Shown: positions 1-9,374 of the stretch, one piece after another
Layout of the letters: each line of letters starts with the position of its first letter
Position numbering within the stretch: the first letter of the stretch is position 1
Assembly: GCA_041736175.1 (NCBI GenBank)
Contig: JBGSUI010000015.1
Coordinates: 1-44,305 of the forward strand
Direction of reading: 5' to 3'
Length of the DNA: 44,305 bases
Origin: Oligoflexales bacterium
Lineage (GTDB): Bacteria > Bdellovibrionota_B > Oligoflexia > Oligoflexales > CAIYRB01
Made by a program: the position numbers and the translations under genes
Notes under the pieces: generated by a model
What the model was told of the DNA's origin: nothing
The model's input: only the letters and a program-made list of their open reading frames with translations
Database searches by the model: none

Positions 1-34
1 CTGAACAGGTAAGCTTGATTCGCTGGGCTCGGAC

Positions 35-748
35 CTACCTTGGGTCGATCGCCACTTCCCGCGGCATAAACCCCAGCCAGTCACCTGGATAGTTCGCATT
101 TTTCACAGAGTCGGAGGACTTGGGATAAAAGAGTTCACATCCCACCTCCTTGAGGACCGCCAGCGGACTGTATAGACTCTGCTGAAAATGTCTTAAAAAA
201 ACCTCTTGTGCTTCAAGGGTCCAAATAGAACACAGGGGTTCGGGCATAGAAGCCAGAGAGTAGTGCGCAGTAACTCCCTCCTGATAGGCTGCAAAAGCAG
301 TCGCCCCGTGTGTCTGGCGTGTGTGGTGGAATTCCACCAGGTTCTTTAAATCAGCAGCATCGAGACCAGGAAGGTCTACGGCCATGACAAACCAATCCAC
401 GGGCCACCGATGTTTGAAAGCCTGAAAAATCCCCGTCGCTGGACCACGGCTGGTCTCGTCATCCCAAAAAATCTGGGTTTGACAGATTCGCTCGTTTTTG
501 GTGCTAAAAAGGCATGCTTGCTCCCTACGACAAGACAGAAACACCTTTTGGCAATGGGCTTTCAAATGATTCATAGAACGCTCCCATTGGGGAATCCCAT
601 CCACGCAGATATGGGCCTTGCAGATAGGTTTAGGACGCTCGCCAGGATTCGGGTTCATCCTCTGACTGCGCCCTCCTGCGAGAACGAGTCCATAGAGGGG
701 TTTTCTGTTGACTAAATCTTGCGAGGTGCCCAAAGGAGAGTTTTTCAT
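35..748 (-). CDS. mobA: Molybdenum cofactor guanylyltransferase (MobA-like NTP transferase)
   Basis: N-terminal GLVLAGGRSQRM nucleotidyltransferase motif, plus GP..GI, AVDLP, EPLCSIW and NANYP; 4-bp overlap with the molybdoenzyme gene. Confidence 0.85.
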   Translation of the reverse strand: MKNSPLGTSQDLVNRKPLYGLVLAGGRSQRMNPNPGERPKPICKAHICVDGIPQWERSMNHLKAHCQKVFLSCRREQACLFSTKNERICQTQIFWDDETSRGPATGIFQAFKHRWPVDWFVMAVDLPGLDAADLKNLVEFHHTRQTHGATAFAAYQEGVTAHYSLASMPEPLCSIWTLEAQEVFLRHFQQSLYSPLAVLKEVGCELFYPKSSDSVKNANYPGDWLGFMPREVAIDPR

Positions 749-3012
749 TTTTGTTTGATAAGCGAAACCACAATCGACTTTGAGGTCGGCGTATGGCTTT
801 TATCCGCATAGCTATCGATGGGAACCAGTGGATTGGTTTCCGGAAAATAAGCCGCTAGGCAGCCTCGGGGAATATCATAGGCCACAACCCGGAATCTTTT
901 GACCATCCGTTCCTTCCCCTTAAAGGAGCTCACGATATCAACATAAGAATTTTTGTCCAACTCCAATCGTTGCATATCCCGAGCATTTATAAAGACCACG
1001 CGCCTGCCATTGCGGATGCCCCGGTAGCGGTCGTCCAGTCCATAGATCGTTGTATTGTATTGGTCATGGCTTCGAATCGTCATCAGCAGAAACTGATTTT
1101 CGGATAGGTCTCTCTCGGGAATCGGATGAACCGTAAAACACGCTTTGCCCGAGGGAGTGGCGAAAACCCGTCCGTCCCGGGCTTGATGGGGCAAAACAAA
1201 GGTTGGGTGTTGCTCCAGTCGGTGGTTAAAATCCTCAAATCCGGGGATCACTCGCGAGATCCGGTCCCGAATAGTGCCATAGTCCTCTCGAAAAGCTAAC
1301 CAATCTATTGTTTTTTGATGGTCCAGGGTGTGAAGGGCGAGTTGGGCGATGATAGCAACTTCGCTTTGGCAATGCTCAGAGGGAGGTGGTAGCACTCCTT
1401 TGGAAACATGGACGACCCCCATGGAGTCTTCCACGGTGACAAACTGTTCGACACCCTTTTGGAAGTCTTTTTCGGTCCTTCCCAAGCAGGGGAGAATGAT
1501 GGCCTCGCCTCCCGTAAACAGATGGGAGCGATTGAGTTTTGTAGAGATTTGTACATTGAGGGAACACCGACCGAGGGCCACTTCCGTATAACCCGTATCG
1601 GGTGAAGCGGAAAGAAAATTGCCTCCTAGGGCCACAAGGGTATCCACCTTTCCTTGGTGCATCCCTTGGATGGCTGAAACCACATGATAGCCGGGCGCCT
1701 CGGGGGGCGAAAAATCAAACTCCCTCCCTAGTCGGTCGAGAAACTCCTTTGAAGGGGCTTCCCAAATCCCCATGGTGCGGTCCCCTTGGACGTTGCTATG
1801 GCCTCGCACAGGACATAGTCCGGCGCCAGGACGGCCAATATGCCCTCCCAACAAAGCTAAATTTACGATTTCTTGTATCGTGGCCACCGCGTTTTTATGC
1901 TGAGTGATGCCCATAGCCCAACAAAAAATCATGTTCTTTGAGTTTGCAATAACTTTGGCGACTTCCATGATCTGGCTTTGGAGGAGCCCCGATGACTGGA
2001 CAATCCTGTCCCAAGACACTTCCCTGAGACTCTGGCAAAAAATCGCAAACCCCTCGGTGTATCGGGAGATAAACCCTTCGTCTAATCCCTGCGGCCCAGA
2101 TAACTCAAACAGAGCCTTCATAATCCCCTTAAGGGCAGCTAAATCCCCATTGATCAAAACCTGGAGATAATGGGTGGAAAGGGCCGTCCCCTTGCCAACC
2201 CAGCCTCCGATCTCTTGGGGGTGTTTAAAGCGGATCATGCCTGCTTCGGGGAGGGGGTTCATCGTGATGATGGGACAACCCCTGCGGGCGGCAGCTTGCA
2301 AAGTGGCGAGCATCCGAGGATGGTTGGTCCCTGGATTTTGACCTATAACAAAGATCCCATCAGCTTCTTCAAAGTCTTTAAGTAAGACAGTCCCTTTTCC
2401 CGAACCGATGGTTTCTCTGAGGGCGACGCCGCTCGACTCATGGCACAGGTTCGAGCAATCAGGAAGATGATTGGTCCCCAAAAGACGCACAAAAAGTTGG
2501 TATAGAAAAGCAGCTTCGTTGCTAGTCCGTCCCGAGGTATAAAAAACACTGCGCTGGGGATCGGTTTTTTTCAGGTGCTGGGCGATCACCTGGAAGGCTG
2601 CCTCCCAGGTGATCGCCTCGTAATGGGTCGAGCCGGCTCGTAAAATCATAGGCTCCGTAAGCCGCCCTTGCTGGCTAAGCCAAAACTCTGGCTTGTTTTT
2701 AAGATCGTCAATAGAGTTTTCAGCAAAAAAATCCCGATCGATTCTCTTAGAGGTGGCTTCTTCGGCCACCGCTTTGACTCCATTTTCACAAAACTCCACC
2801 ATAGAACGGTGGTTTTCTGGATCAGGCCATGCACATCCAGGACAATCAAAGCCTGTCTTTTGATTGACCGCCGCAAGGGTTTTTAAGGCGGTTTTGATTC
2901 CCATCTCTCTCAGTCCAATTTTTAGAGAGGAAAAAACAGCCCCGGGGCCTCCTGCCACCACTTGCGGGGGATTGATCGATAAGGGTCCGTCGTCAACCGG
3001 GTCATGACTCAA
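745..3012 (-). CDS. FdhF/YdeP-family molybdopterin oxidoreductase
   Basis: GFDCPGCAWPD, EFCENG, FYTSGRTSNE, LPDCSNLCHESSG, RGHSNVQG, TIRSHDQYNTTIYG and YFPETNPLVP. The ORF is open to 3063; TTG at 3012, overlapping the fdhD end, is the more likely start. Confidence 0.93.
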   Translation of the reverse strand: MSHDPVDDGPLSINPPQVVAGGPGAVFSSLKIGLREMGIKTALKTLAAVNQKTGFDCPGCAWPDPENHRSMVEFCENGVKAVAEEATSKRIDRDFFAENSIDDLKNKPEFWLSQQGRLTEPMILRAGSTHYEAITWEAAFQVIAQHLKKTDPQRSVFYTSGRTSNEAAFLYQLFVRLLGTNHLPDCSNLCHESSGVALRETIGSGKGTVLLKDFEEADGIFVIGQNPGTNHPRMLATLQAAARRGCPIITMNPLPEAGMIRFKHPQEIGGWVGKGTALSTHYLQVLINGDLAALKGIMKALFELSGPQGLDEGFISRYTEGFAIFCQSLREVSWDRIVQSSGLLQSQIMEVAKVIANSKNMIFCWAMGITQHKNAVATIQEIVNLALLGGHIGRPGAGLCPVRGHSNVQGDRTMGIWEAPSKEFLDRLGREFDFSPPEAPGYHVVSAIQGMHQGKVDTLVALGGNFLSASPDTGYTEVALGRCSLNVQISTKLNRSHLFTGGEAIILPCLGRTEKDFQKGVEQFVTVEDSMGVVHVSKGVLPPPSEHCQSEVAIIAQLALHTLDHQKTIDWLAFREDYGTIRDRISRVIPGFEDFNHRLEQHPTFVLPHQARDGRVFATPSGKACFTVHPIPERDLSENQFLLMTIRSHDQYNTTIYGLDDRYRGIRNGRRVVFINARDMQRLELDKNSYVDIVSSFKGKERMVKRFRVVAYDIPRGCLAAYFPETNPLVPIDSYADKSHTPTSKSIVVSLIKQK
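2581..2617. repeat. 37-bp near-perfect palindrome inside the FdhF/YdeP gene
   Basis: GGCGATCACCTGGAAGGC-T-GCCTCCCAGGTGATCGCC: 17 of 18 positions are complementary. Confidence 0.85.
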
Positions 3013-3880
3013 TCCGATACCCTCCGCTATAGATGTTAAATTTATGATCACGGGCAAAGCCAATCAGCGTCAAGCCATATTTGGATGCAAGGTCTAAAGC
3101 TAAATTTGAGGGGGCTCCAAGTGCCATAAGCACTGAGGCTCCCGCTTTGATGGATTTTTGCACAAGCTCAAAGCTAGCTCGTCCACTGACAAGGATCATC
3201 TTATCTTTGAGAGGCAGCGCTCCCTTCAGAAACTCGGCACCCACAATTTTGTCCACTGCATTGTGTCGGCCAACATCCTCGAAGAGGCTTTCGATGGTTC
3301 CTCCGAGGGAAACAAGAGCTGCGGCATGAACACCCCCCGTCTTGGCAAAAGCCCTCTGGGCGTGGATAAGTTTTGCCGGCAAAGAAAAGAGAACACTTGG
3401 TGGAATCTTGAGAGACGGACTTTCTTCCAAACAATTTCCCCCTAGAGATGGGATTAGGGCAAGGGACTCAAAGGAGGTTTTGCCACAGATTCCACAGGAA
3501 GAATTGGTAACGAAGAGCCGCTCTAGGTTTTGTAAAGGAACCGTCACCCCCGCCGCGAGTTTAACCCGCACGATATTTTGCCCCCCATGGACCGGTGAAA
3601 AGGGCCCGCAGGAAGTGACTTCGACCACATCGGCATTAGAAGCGATCATGCCTTCACTAAACAAAAATCCTATCGCCAAAGGACCATCGTCCCCTGGAGT
3701 ACGCATGGTCATGGCCACCGTCTTTTTAAGGAAAGCTCCCCCCTCTTCCCATTCGATGCGGATTTCCAGTGGCTCTTCGATGACCAGGTCGTCGGCTTCT
3801 AAAAAGTTTTGAGTCTGAACGGCATCTGAAATCCTATGTACAGAATGACTGACGGTGGTTCTGATGGTTGGTTGGGTCAC
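3002..3880 (-). CDS. fdhD: Formate dehydrogenase accessory sulfurtransferase FdhD
   Basis: EEPLEI, TMRTPG, SSCGICG, TGGVHAAA, EDVGRHNAVDK and SGRASFELVQK motifs. Confidence 0.95.
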   Translation of the reverse strand: MTQPTIRTTVSHSVHRISDAVQTQNFLEADDLVIEEPLEIRIEWEEGGAFLKKTVAMTMRTPGDDGPLAIGFLFSEGMIASNADVVEVTSCGPFSPVHGGQNIVRVKLAAGVTVPLQNLERLFVTNSSCGICGKTSFESLALIPSLGGNCLEESPSLKIPPSVLFSLPAKLIHAQRAFAKTGGVHAAALVSLGGTIESLFEDVGRHNAVDKIVGAEFLKGALPLKDKMILVSGRASFELVQKSIKAGASVLMALGAPSNLALDLASKYGLTLIGFARDHKFNIYSGGYRIES

Positions 3881-4293
3881 TGGGAGAAAGCTCCGCCACA
3901 GGAGGGGTTAGGATTGGGAAAAGCATCGGACTCATCCTCGGGCCAGACCCGGTTTGGATTGATGCATTGGTAGTCTTTTTCGATAAGGATTCGCGTGTAG
4001 ACTCCATCTCCATACCAGAGTTCTGCAGCAAGGCTCACCAGCGGTGTGTCAGTCCATTGGTTGGCCAAACCAGGGGGCACCCGAATCTCTAGAGCCGAGC
4101 CATTCCACCTCGTAAGAATCTGGTCATCACCTTCCTCTCGGAAGGGATCTTTACAAAGGGCGTATGTGAGGGATTGGTTAGGGTCTGGGCCTAGGCGAAC
4201 TAATTCTTCGATTGTTCCTTGGGTTCTAAAAGTATCGACCTCAGACTTTTGCAGTCTTAACCGAATGGAATTTCCTCGGATCCTAAGCTTCAT
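3877..4293 (-). CDS. Conserved hypothetical protein (MKLRIxGNSIRLRL family, DUF7009-like)
   Basis: MKLRIRGNSIRLRL start and ILIEKDYQC...DAFPNP end; 4-bp overlap with fdhD. Confidence 0.75.
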   Translation of the reverse strand: MKLRIRGNSIRLRLQKSEVDTFRTQGTIEELVRLGPDPNQSLTYALCKDPFREEGDDQILTRWNGSALEIRVPPGLANQWTDTPLVSLAAELWYGDGVYTRILIEKDYQCINPNRVWPEDESDAFPNPNPSCGGAFSQ

Positions 4294-4413
4294 AAAGCAT
4301 TCTTCCTCTCAGAAAGCAATGAGGGAAAAATACCTCTTAGGATCTGCCTTTGCCAGCCTTAAATAATCCACAGGTGGGATACATCGAAAAAATTTTAAAA
4401 AGCAAAGGACCTC

Positions 4414-5547
4414 TTACTCATACACGGTGCCTACCCACTCCGCTACATCACCTGAGGCCCCATCGATGTGCAACTTGACCTCTCGGCAATCGTCTCTATC
4501 ATAAAAGACCACCGAATCATATTCAGAAAGACCACAGACGACGCCAGTGATAACCACATCACCATCGCTATCCGGGGCAGAATGTAAGGCCAATTCGCCT
4601 TGAGTAAGGCTTAAATCCTTTTGCCAAACGATGGAAGAGCTGTCGACACTTGATCCCAGTTGTTTCTCGATCACCATCATTTTAGAAAGTTCAGAAGATA
4701 ACTCTAGGCGGATCGTGTAGCGATTTCCCTGGGAATCGATCAACTGTTGCCAAACTAAATATGGATTTTGATCATCGTTCCGACGTCCCTGAAACAACCG
4801 TATCACCTTTAAGTCTCCCTCCTTCGACCATTCGATACGCGTAGCTTGACCCAAGGCCTGGCGGTTGCCCGCTTGATCAAGGCCTAATAGGCAAAAAACC
4901 ATTGCTTGGGCCGTTTGTGTCCCATGACCGCCAAAAGTTAAGGTGTTTAGATCTAAAGTGTGTGATACAGATAACAAGTTGCTATAGAAATGACCTTCGC
5001 TGCAATCGGTACTCCCTAGGGGACCGAATTTATATTGATAAACCGCCACATCGGATCCAGCCACCCTTATGGGGACCCGTCCACCGCTGATGGCCTGGGG
5101 GTTCAAGACGATAGCGCTTGGTGCCGAGCGATCAACGATAAAGGTCAGTCCATTGTCGTCGGCTTCTCGTAGATTGCCAAGGTCGTCACTTGCGGTAACA
5201 AAAAGGGAGTAAGTGCCTTCCTTGAGACCTGCAATGGCAGCAAAGGAATCAAGAATCCCTTGTCTTTCATAGACCAGTGGCGTCTCAGGTTCGACACCTA
5301 AGATCTTTAATCCGTAGGAAGTGGCACCGCTCGACGGACTCCAACTCAGGGTTAAAGGCTCCGTTTTAAGGGGCAAAAGTGGCTGATTTAAGGCAAAGAT
5401 CTTTGGCCCTGTAGTGCCTTCGACCTCAGCGAGAACATTTTCTTTTTTGGTTCGTGGCCGAAAACATCCCAAAGGAAAAAACAGACCTATCATAGTCACG
5501 CAGCTTAAAACCAAGCTAGGTCGCCTTTGAAAAAAAAGCCAAACCAA
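4414..5547 (-). CDS. Putative lipoprotein with FN3/Ig-like domains
   Basis: Hydrophobic N-terminus with PLGC lipobox-like site; LSWSPSSGATSY and GTYSLFVTASDDLGN (FN3/Ig-like). Confidence 0.6.
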   Translation of the reverse strand: MVWLFFQRRPSLVLSCVTMIGLFFPLGCFRPRTKKENVLAEVEGTTGPKIFALNQPLLPLKTEPLTLSWSPSSGATSYGLKILGVEPETPLVYERQGILDSFAAIAGLKEGTYSLFVTASDDLGNLREADDNGLTFIVDRSAPSAIVLNPQAISGGRVPIRVAGSDVAVYQYKFGPLGSTDCSEGHFYSNLLSVSHTLDLNTLTFGGHGTQTAQAMVFCLLGLDQAGNRQALGQATRIEWSKEGDLKVIRLFQGRRNDDQNPYLVWQQLIDSQGNRYTIRLELSSELSKMMVIEKQLGSSVDSSSIVWQKDLSLTQGELALHSAPDSDGDVVITGVVCGLSEYDSVVFYDRDDCREVKLHIDGASGDVAEWVGTVYE

Positions 5548-5551
5548 AAAA

Positions 5552-7201
5552 TCACCTCCCTAAAAACTTCAAAATTTTCTGGATATCCACATCAGTGAGT
5601 TGCTGTTGATGGGCCAAAGGAGGCATTTTTTTACCATCTTTTGCAACAATACGCTCCGCAATGGCCCCGCCGTGGGTGACAACATTTTTTTGATGATCAA
5701 CATAGGTCGTGTTAAAGGACCCACTTGAGTGGCAGGCTGATCCACTGCAGCTCGTTGCAATCAGTGGGGCTACTTCGGTCCATGGAAGGGCGCTTTGAGG
5801 TGCAGCCTCCGGTGTATCACTTTCGATACCAAGATTGGCAAGCAGGGTCGACCGGAGCATGGTATCGATAAGCTGTTTGGGACCCTGGGCACTGAGGGAA
5901 ATAAGACTTAGTTGGTCAGAAGCAGTTAACTCTTCCCACTTGGTCCCAGAAAAATCCTCCCAGGCCGAGCGCGCCATACATTCCACGAAACCCGGTCCAC
6001 GCTCGATAAACGATTGGATTAGAAAACGTGGTCCTTCTCCATCACGACCGAATGCGTGACCAATCTGGGAAATTTCATCTTCACGCCGCCGCCATTCTCC
6101 CATGGTATCCCAGCCAAAAATCAGCGAGCCTAAATTATCCATAGGATAATGACATCTTGAGCAGTCTTTTTTTTCTGCATGGGCAAGATCCTCTTTAGTA
6201 AACATGGGATTAAGAAAAACAGTGATTCCTCCAGTGTTTAAGGGTGATCCTATAGGTTGGCAGAGGAGTTTTTCTGAAAGTGCCCGCATCCTGACCCGGT
6301 AGTTGTTATGCTGCATTAAAAAACCAGGACTAGTGACTAATCCAGCGCGAATCACTTTGTTTGGATAATCTGCCGAAGCCCATTCAGTGGTGCTAAGGGC
6401 GGCGAGTTGTTCCATTTCTTGAGTATTTGGTAAAATGCCATCCCAGGCCATTTGTCCTGAGTGGAGGTACTTCCAATAAAGCAGCTTGGTTCCAAAAAAC
6501 CGCTGCGAGGCTAGCGCATCAAACCAAGTCCCTCCTTGGCTAAAGGCAAGGGTCGCTTGGTTGGCAAATTCACTACGAATATGCTGGCTCAAAGCACTGA
6601 CCAAAGATCGTGGAATGCACCCAATCATTTTAGGGCCACACCCACATCCAGGAACGGATAGGGTGATGTCGCTGGTGCAGGTTATCGTCTTTCCGCCACT
6701 CAAGGTGGTCAGACTTTCTGAGACCTCTCCTGGGCAGACTCTGATGGTTTCACCAGGAGCTAGCCACCACGCCTCCGTGGTGACTGTTTGGTCAATCGTA
6801 CAAGGAGGTGTCCCACGCCGTTCTCGGTAAAAATAGCCCTCATTAGCACTCTGGTATAGAGTATAGGACCAGGCGACCGCAGGATGATCAGCAGCAACGC
6901 CAAACATGTCCGTAAAATAGCGACGGATGCGCTGTTGATATCCCGGGGAACCTAACCATTCCTCGACTAGGTTTCGCAGAGATCTTTCTCCCGCTCGAAA
7001 GGCTTTTGCCTCGTCAGCACTGGGGGCCTGATCTCGCATAACGAAAGAAATAAAGCGCAACTGCGCCCTTGTAGCAGCCTGGGCGCTACCGGGGGATGCG
7101 ATCTTTGGTAGACTCATAAATGGTGTGAACAGATATATTAATATCCCTAAAACGAGTCCAACAATTGACTTTTGAATCGACTTTTGGCTAGAAAATCCCA
7201 C
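5552..7201 (-). CDS. DUF1585/DUF1588-like exported protein with c-type heme motifs
   Basis: Signal/TM segment, RAGLVTSPGFL...RVR...LLC, CSRCH..MDNLG, and C-terminal CSGSACH...MPP cytochrome-like domain; adjacent to a DUF1501-like gene. Confidence 0.7.
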   Translation of the reverse strand: MGFSSQKSIQKSIVGLVLGILIYLFTPFMSLPKIASPGSAQAATRAQLRFISFVMRDQAPSADEAKAFRAGERSLRNLVEEWLGSPGYQQRIRRYFTDMFGVAADHPAVAWSYTLYQSANEGYFYRERRGTPPCTIDQTVTTEAWWLAPGETIRVCPGEVSESLTTLSGGKTITCTSDITLSVPGCGCGPKMIGCIPRSLVSALSQHIRSEFANQATLAFSQGGTWFDALASQRFFGTKLLYWKYLHSGQMAWDGILPNTQEMEQLAALSTTEWASADYPNKVIRAGLVTSPGFLMQHNNYRVRMRALSEKLLCQPIGSPLNTGGITVFLNPMFTKEDLAHAEKKDCSRCHYPMDNLGSLIFGWDTMGEWRRREDEISQIGHAFGRDGEGPRFLIQSFIERGPGFVECMARSAWEDFSGTKWEELTASDQLSLISLSAQGPKQLIDTMLRSTLLANLGIESDTPEAAPQSALPWTEVAPLIATSCSGSACHSSGSFNTTYVDHQKNVVTHGGAIAERIVAKDGKKMPPLAHQQQLTDVDIQKILKFLGR

Positions 7202-8585
7202 GAATCCTCCGGGACGACACTTGGTTTGCTACCTCACCAAGGCCAAACTGATCCAAGAGGGTCGCCACCAGGGTTGATCCATCAATCATAGTCTCTTCTG
7301 TTTTGGTTACTGGCTTTTCTCCGTCCCATCCCATCACTTCGCCGGTTTCGCTGGTCCCCCCAATAAGGCGATTATCCCTGACTCCTCGTCCCATGATGAT
7401 GGCCGAGGCGGAGTTTTGGTGGTCTGTCCCAGCGGTATCGTTAAATTTTGCCGTCCTGGTAAACTCCGAAGTAAGGACAATGGTGGTGGTGTCAGCGAGT
7501 GAATTTTGTGGATCACGGGGATCGGGGGTCGCCCGTAGATCAGCAACAAAGGCATTCAGAGCCAGTGCAACCTGCCTTTGTAGAGGGAGTTGAGAATTTA
7601 ACTCGTTGGTATGGGTATCAAACCCACCAAAACGGATGGAAACGATCGTGGTTAAATCGTGTTTTAGAGCTAGCCATGCAGCGGCAAAATCCCCCATGTT
7701 GCCGTTGCTAGCCACGTCGTATCTGGTCTTCATTTCATCATCAAGATTGAGTTTGTTTGCAAAATTTTTGAATGCATTGCTGACATCTTTTTGCGAATCT
7801 ACAAAAGCCTGGAGGCTCGCGATTGCCTTGTCACCCAAACTTGAGAAAAAGACTTGATTATGAGCGGACAATGCCTCTTCAAGAGCTTGGCGGGTTTCTT
7901 CTTTGAATTGAGAGCCTGGAGGCGTCAAGAGCCCCCCGAGTGCATTGCCCGTGGTCATAAGTGGTGCCGCAATTTGAATGGTTTCTCCAAGTGGCACGGA
8001 GCCTCCCAGGACTAGATGGCTTGCCAGTCCCCCCCGTTTGGTGGCGATCACAGCGGTCACGGCGGGCTCAGTAAGGGTACGGCCTATCGCAGAGCGACCA
8101 GTCAAAAGGTAGTTTGCTGCCGCGTCATGGGCCGCGATCTCGACGTTGAGTCCGTTCACAAAGACCGTCGGAATGCTATCAAATGCAGGGAGGGCATCCT
8201 GAAAGCCTATGCCGGTTAGCAAATTCGGTTTACTAGGTGGTGCTCTTAAGGTGTGGCTCGCAAACACACTTTCAAAAGCACCGTTGGTGAGGCGTTTGCC
8301 ATAGACGGGATCGATCGCGAAATAATTGTTCCAGCCGCCATCAAGAAAGATCAGCACAAGCCTAGGAACAGGTCCCCTCTCCTCAGCCGCTTGGGCACTT
8401 TGAGTCCCGATATCCAAGCCTCCCATCGTCCCAGCACCGGCACCGGCCATGGACGCGGCCCGAATCAGCGCCCCCCAGGGTCCGCGATGGAGCGTGCCAA
8501 GGGCACTTGTAGCCGCAAAAGTTTGCAACAACTGGCGTCGACTGGGGTGGTATGGCTTTTTTGTCCCATCGTTCATATGTTCCAA
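7188..8585 (-). CDS. Tat-exported DUF1501-like protein
   Basis: SRRQLLQ twin-arginine signal, LIFLDGGW, GGFDTH, TSEFTRT and GTDH. Confidence 0.85.
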   Translation of the reverse strand: MEHMNDGTKKPYHPSRRQLLQTFAATSALGTLHRGPWGALIRAASMAGAGAGTMGGLDIGTQSAQAAEERGPVPRLVLIFLDGGWNNYFAIDPVYGKRLTNGAFESVFASHTLRAPPSKPNLLTGIGFQDALPAFDSIPTVFVNGLNVEIAAHDAAANYLLTGRSAIGRTLTEPAVTAVIATKRGGLASHLVLGGSVPLGETIQIAAPLMTTGNALGGLLTPPGSQFKEETRQALEEALSAHNQVFFSSLGDKAIASLQAFVDSQKDVSNAFKNFANKLNLDDEMKTRYDVASNGNMGDFAAAWLALKHDLTTIVSIRFGGFDTHTNELNSQLPLQRQVALALNAFVADLRATPDPRDPQNSLADTTTIVLTSEFTRTAKFNDTAGTDHQNSASAIIMGRGVRDNRLIGGTSETGEVMGWDGEKPVTKTEETMIDGSTLVATLLDQFGLGEVANQVSSRRIRGIF

Positions 8586-9241
8586 TACTCCATCGAAGCT
8601 AACAGGACGAATAATACGGCCTTCCAGGACGCCACGGCGGAGTTCTCTGAAGCGAGCGTTTGAATAAACAGCTTTGTCATATTTTCAACTTCAGCGTCAG
8701 AGGGTGGACGGGATAAAAGCCGCCAATAGAGTTCGTTAAGCTGTGCATGGTAACGACGATCCCCTTGCTTGATCGAAAATTGGATTTCTGGAGGTAGTCT
8801 GATATCGTCAGGCAGGTAGGGTCGGTCAACGGCGATGGTCACCTCTGTGAAGGCTCGTGGAGGTTCCTTTTTGCCTTCGAGAATCACATCTGTTTCAACC
8901 ACCTTTTGGGCTATTTCCCAGGCCAGTCGGTGGATGGTCAATTGGGACTGACCGCTGGGAATATGACTCCGTTGTTTGACAGTCCGAAAATCAACACCTC
9001 CTAATGCCAAAAGATGATCAGACATTATGGACTCTAAGAGGTACTCATCATCGAAATTTAGAGAAGATTTTATGTTTTCTACAAACTGTTCTGGGGTCAT
9101 CAATCCAAAAGTTTTATTGATCCGGATGCCTTCAGCCTGGTAGGTCGTGCCTTGCTTTTTTGATAAAAGACCCTCTGCCACTTGGCAGCCTACAATGATC
9201 CCACCAATACATAAGACCCAGACTAGGTTTCTTGGACTCAT
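8573..9241 (-). CDS. Putative lipoprotein partner of the DUF1501/DUF1585 module
   Basis: AAGGGAGG RBS before ATG 9241; IVGC lipobox; LALGGVDF and LYWRLLSRPPSDAE...WKAVLFVLL. Confidence 0.7.
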   Translation of the reverse strand: MSPRNLVWVLCIGGIIVGCQVAEGLLSKKQGTTYQAEGIRINKTFGLMTPEQFVENIKSSLNFDDEYLLESIMSDHLLALGGVDFRTVKQRSHIPSGQSQLTIHRLAWEIAQKVVETDVILEGKKEPPRAFTEVTIAVDRPYLPDDIRLPPEIQFSIKQGDRRYHAQLNELYWRLLSRPPSDAEVENMTKLFIQTLASENSAVASWKAVLFVLLASMEYWNI

Positions 9242-9374
9242 GATCCCTCCCTTTAAGGTGATCCCCATGCACCGCACGGAATCTTATCGCCTTGATGGGC
9301 AACTTCTTGAGATGAGGGTTCGATAATCATGCTGACATTATCTATCAAATGCAGGTCGTTGGTTCCGAATCAAG

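Noticed and set aside
745..3012. Selenocysteine formate dehydrogenase with SECIS
   Set aside because: The ORF is uninterrupted and has Cys in the PDCSNLCHE motif; no in-frame UGA.
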